Shown here piece by piece: positions 60,641 to 64,000 of a stretch of DNA of 64,000 nucleotides (the stretch's first letter is position 1; each line of letters opens with the position of its first letter). Made by a program: the position numbers and the translations under genes. The notes under the pieces were generated by a model. That model searched no databases. It was not told the origin of the DNA and saw nothing but the letters and a program-made list of their open reading frames with translations. Location of the stretch: assembly GCA_050331735.1 (NCBI GenBank), contig JBHJGN010000048.1:29125-93124 (forward strand). Direction: 5' to 3'. The stretch comes from Cyanophyceae cyanobacterium (lineage in GTDB: Bacteria > Cyanobacteriota > Cyanobacteriia > Cyanobacteriales > JBHJGN01).

Positions 60641-61219
60641 AGAAAGCGATCTTCAGCCGTTGAGTTTTACGAGCTGACAGGACAAACTAAACGATCTTTT
60701 GGATGATATCAAGTTGTCTCGACAATAGCGAATCGTTTTTTCACTTAGGCGAGCAATTGCTCCGGTGGTTTGCAACGGTGCCGTGTCGTCTCCGTTGACG
60801 ACCTGACTGGCTGCGGCGCGTCTTCTACTGCACAAGAATGACACAAAAATGACAAGAACCGACAAGACAAGAAATGTAGTTTCAGCTATTATTTTTGTTT
60901 TGCTTTTTCATAAAATGAGGAAATGAAGCAGCTAAGCTGATAAAGAGAGAGGGCAAATGGCTGAACACGTCCGCAGGACAAAGCTGGCCAATGGTAAAGC
61001 CTTGGCAAAAGTTGTGAGTTTTTTTTGCTTCTAAATTAGGTCAAGTTAAGTTAGGCTAGATCAAGATTTATTCGCGAGACCCCCGTTTTTCTGTTATTAG
61101 TATCACTCCAGTTTTTTATCTTTACTAAAAAGCTCAACAGATTGGTCCCTGTTGATGTGCCGTCTCCGTCTTAAAACGATGGAGTAGACTGTAACTTTTA
61201 CCTTCCCTGGTAGGTATCA

Positions 61220-62710
61220 ATGTTCAAAATTAGATCTCGTTTGTCATGGCAGACATTCAGCAACCTTGCAGCAGTTAGAAAGCCCGACGGAAGAGGCGTT
61301 CAGCACCTTAGTCGTACCAAAACTTTGAGTGCGGCCCTGTTCCTTGTTTTTGCCGCCGCCTGTGGTAGGCAAGCACCGGAAGCACAGGAGCCGCAAGCCG
61401 TTCCGGTTGCACTGCAAACTCTAGAGCCGGCAACCGTGATTGACAGCACTGAGTTTGTTGGGAGTTTAGAAGCCCAAGAAAGAGTTCAGGTCGCGCCGCG
61501 CGTAGACGGACGAATCGTGAGTATCGCCGTTGAGGAAGGCGAGCCGGTGAGTCGCGGACAGCTACTCGTGCAGCTTCAGCTAGAGCGAGAACAGGCCACC
61601 GTTAATGCCCGTACCTCTGAAATTAATGCTCAAAGAGCGAATTTAAGAAATGCAGAAGCTCAGTTGAGAGCTGCCGAAGCCGAAAGAGAACAGACAGCGG
61701 CGGAAGTAGAACAGCGTCGGGCTGAATTGGCCAGCGCCGAAGCGGATCTTCAGGGAACCGCTGCTGACTTGGAGTTGGCTCAATCCGAACTTGAGCGGAC
61801 CGAATTTCTCGTTGAGGAAGGTGCTCAGGCTCAGCAACAGCTCGACCAAAGAACCCGCGATCGCACCACGGCGGCTTCCGCCCGTAATTCGGCTCAAAAA
61901 GTTCGCGATTCGGCTCAGGGAGCGCTTAATGCGGCTGCTCAGTCTTTGAGAGCGGCTCAGCAGCGCGTAGAAGCAGCCAGAGCAACCGTAGAGCAGGAAC
62001 GGGCAAATTTGTCCCAAGCGGTGGCAGAGCGGGAAGTCTCGGAACAGGATTTGCAGTTTAACCGAATTGTTGCTCCCATTGCGGGTATTGTCGGCGATAT
62101 TCTTCCCAAAGCCGGGGACTACGTGGAGTCGGGCGAGGAGATTACCAGTCTGATTCAAAACAACGTCTTAAGCTTGAACATTAACGTTCCCTTACAAGAA
62201 GCTCCGAGGTTACGAGTCGGGCTGCCAGTCGAAATTATTGATAATCAGGGAGAAGTGGCGACCCGGGGAGAAATTAGCTTTGTCTCTCCTCGGGTTAATC
62301 AAAATGCCCAAGCTGTTTTAGCGAAAGCCACTTTTAGCAATAACGGTAGCTTGCGCGACGATCAGTTTGTGCGCGCTCGGGTAATCTGGGACCAAGAACC
62401 AGGCGTGTTAGTGCCGACGACATCTATCTTTCGGATCGGCGGGCAGGATTTTGTCTTTGTGGCCGAACAGCAGGAAGTTGAGCCAGAAGCCGAAGCGCCA
62501 AACAGCGAAACAACAAAAACCGACCCCACCAATGAAGCCTCAACGCAGCTAGTCGCTCAACAACAGGTCGTAGAGTTAGGGGATATCCAGGGACAAAAGT
62601 ATCAGGTCATTTCAGGAGTCGAAGCTGGCGATCGCGTGGTGGTTTCTGGCATTCTGAATCTGTCGGACGGTGTTCCGATTACGGAAGAGGCACTCCAGAG
62701 CGAAAACTAA
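61220..62710 (+). CDS. RND efflux periplasmic adaptor (membrane fusion protein) with long coiled coil
   Basis: Lipobox-like AAAC, PRVDGRI...EGEPV, APIAGIVG, beta-barrel C-terminus; upstream of the RND permease. Confidence 0.9.
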   Translation: MFKIRSRLSWQTFSNLAAVRKPDGRGVQHLSRTKTLSAALFLVFAAACGRQAPEAQEPQAVPVALQTLEPATVIDSTEFVGSLEAQERVQVAPRVDGRIVSIAVEEGEPVSRGQLLVQLQLEREQATVNARTSEINAQRANLRNAEAQLRAAEAEREQTAAEVEQRRAELASAEADLQGTAADLELAQSELERTEFLVEEGAQAQQQLDQRTRDRTTAASARNSAQKVRDSAQGALNAAAQSLRAAQQRVEAARATVEQERANLSQAVAEREVSEQDLQFNRIVAPIAGIVGDILPKAGDYVESGEEITSLIQNNVLSLNINVPLQEAPRLRVGLPVEIIDNQGEVATRGEISFVSPRVNQNAQAVLAKATFSNNGSLRDDQFVRARVIWDQEPGVLVPTTSIFRIGGQDFVFVAEQQEVEPEAEAPNSETTKTDPTNEASTQLVAQQQVVELGDIQGQKYQVISGVEAGDRVVVSGILNLSDGVPITEEALQSEN

Positions 62711-62861
62711 GTTGGGCTGACTTTCGCCTAGCTCCTCAATGTCTTTGTTGATCGTTCATGGTTAATTGCTGATGCTTCTTCTCCCTGCCAACTTCCTGCT
62801 CCTCGTCGAACCTCTTGACTAAAATAGCGACGTTCATCTCGGCTGAATTCTTTATAAGCTT

Positions 62862-64000
62862 ATGTTGCTAAGTATTGCTGATCCGTTTATTAAGCGACCC
62901 GTTCTGACAACGGTTTGCAGCATCATTATCGTGCTCGTCGGCGCCATCTGTATTCCTCTGCTACCGATCGCTCAACTGCCCCAGATTGCTCCGACTCAGG
63001 TAGAAGTGAGTACGACCTACATTGGGGCGGATGCTCAAACAGCAGAAAATACCGTGACGACGATTGTTGAGCGAGAAATTAACGGCGTTGAGGATATGCG
63101 CTATATGTCCTCGAACACCAGTAGCGATGGCGTTACTAATATTACCGCTACGTTTCCCACCGATGTTGATCGCAACATTGCCCAGGTCAACGTGCAAAAC
63201 CGAGTGGCGCTGGCGGAACCGGAACTGCCGGAAGCAGTGCGACAGGTGGGAGTAACGGTGGAGAAGTCGTCTCCTGACTTACTGTTGGGGATTGCTTTTT
63301 TTGCCGAACAAGAAAACGGCGAGTATCTTTACGACAGCGTTTTCTTAAGTAACTACCTCGATCTCTACGTCACCGATGCCGTCCAGAGAATCCGCGGTGT
63401 CGGCCAGGTGACAATCTTTGGAGAACGACAGTACGCCATGCGGCTGTGGCTCAATCCGGATGCGTTAGCCGCTCGCAACCTAACGGCCCAGGACGTGGTG
63501 GCAGCGATTGAGGAACAGAATATTCAGGTGGGAGCGGGCAGCATTGGGCAGCAACCCGCTCCTGACGATCAGCAGTACGAAATTACGCTGCGGGCGCTGG
63601 GACGCTTTGAAAACGCGCGGGAGTTTGAGGATTTGGTGCTGGAGGTTGGTGAAGCCGGAACTCTGATTAAGATTCGCGATGTCGGTCGCGTTGAGCTTGG
63701 AGCCGAAAACTACCGGACCACGGCCACCAGTAATGGGGCTCCGGCAGTGGGGTTAGGAATTTTCCAGCTTCCTGGGACCAACGCCCTCGACACCGCGAGC
63801 GCCGTGAAAGCAGAACTGGCTCGTCTGGCAGAGGATTTTCCGCCGGGCATGGACTACCAGATTGGGGTAGATGCGACGGCGTTCGTGGAAGTGTCTCTGC
63901 GAGAAGTGGTGATCACCCTGCTGATTGCGATCACTCTAGTAATCTTAATTATCTTTATTTTTCTGCAAGACTGGCGAGCGACGATTATTCCCTCGATCGC
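62862..64000 (+). CDS. RND efflux permease (AcrB family), truncated by the window end
   Basis: Hand translation MLLSIADPFIKRPVLTTV...LPIAQLPQIAP...GADAQ...YAMRLWLNP...FLQDWRATIIP; no stop before the end. Confidence 0.93.
   Translation, partial: MLLSIADPFIKRPVLTTVCSIIIVLVGAICIPLLPIAQLPQIAPTQVEVSTTYIGADAQTAENTVTTIVEREINGVEDMRYMSSNTSSDGVTNITATFPTDVDRNIAQVNVQNRVALAEPELPEAVRQVGVTVEKSSPDLLLGIAFFAEQENGEYLYDSVFLSNYLDLYVTDAVQRIRGVGQVTIFGERQYAMRLWLNPDALAARNLTAQDVVAAIEEQNIQVGAGSIGQQPAPDDQQYEITLRALGRFENAREFEDLVLEVGEAGTLIKIRDVGRVELGAENYRTTATSNGAPAVGLGIFQLPGTNALDTASAVKAELARLAEDFPPGMDYQIGVDATAFVEVSLREVVITLLIAITLVILIIFIFLQDWRATIIPSI

Larger units (their letters stand above)
1..64000. repeat. HIP1 octamer GCGATCGC dispersed throughout
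   Basis: Many copies, e.g. 1415, 3539, 7582, 58267, 58287. Confidence 0.9.

Noticed and set aside
61220..64000. RND pair as the exporter of the RTX proteins
   Set aside because: The permease is AcrB-like, not a T1SS ABC transporter; there is no evidence of a link

Overview
This is a chromosomal window from a cyanobacterium. HIP1 octamers (GCGATCGC) are abundant, and psb29, cpcT, ndhS, an hli gene, plmA, bioU, katB and sds are present. Most of it is housekeeping or conserved genes (speE, sodA, hemF, mrp, rodA, valS, moaE, acs, ispD, murI, amiC, speA, aroE, pyrB, an RND efflux pair). Accessory highlights: (1) a two-gene organic-phosphate scavenging unit, made of a large acidic RTX-tailed phytase-like protein with two nested GDPD domains and an RTX-tailed extracellular nuclease, behind an 11-bp-periodic Pho-box-like array; (2) a dispersed family of tiny co-varying hairpins tied to GGGGAAA/GGGAACG heptamer arrays, which has entered two coding sequences in frame; (3) a tandem pair of ~150-bp MITE-like elements; (4) an unannotated 31-aa hydrophobic ORF with a hairpin-rich leader and its own terminator between sds and murI; (5) a TetR/SDR pair with duplicated operators and a probably leaderless tetR mRNA; (6) a DUF29 gene with one nonsense codon; (7) a PEP-CTERM polysaccharide lyase. 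I saw no rRNA, tRNA, CRISPR array or transposase. Product calls come from motif recognition, not database searches.
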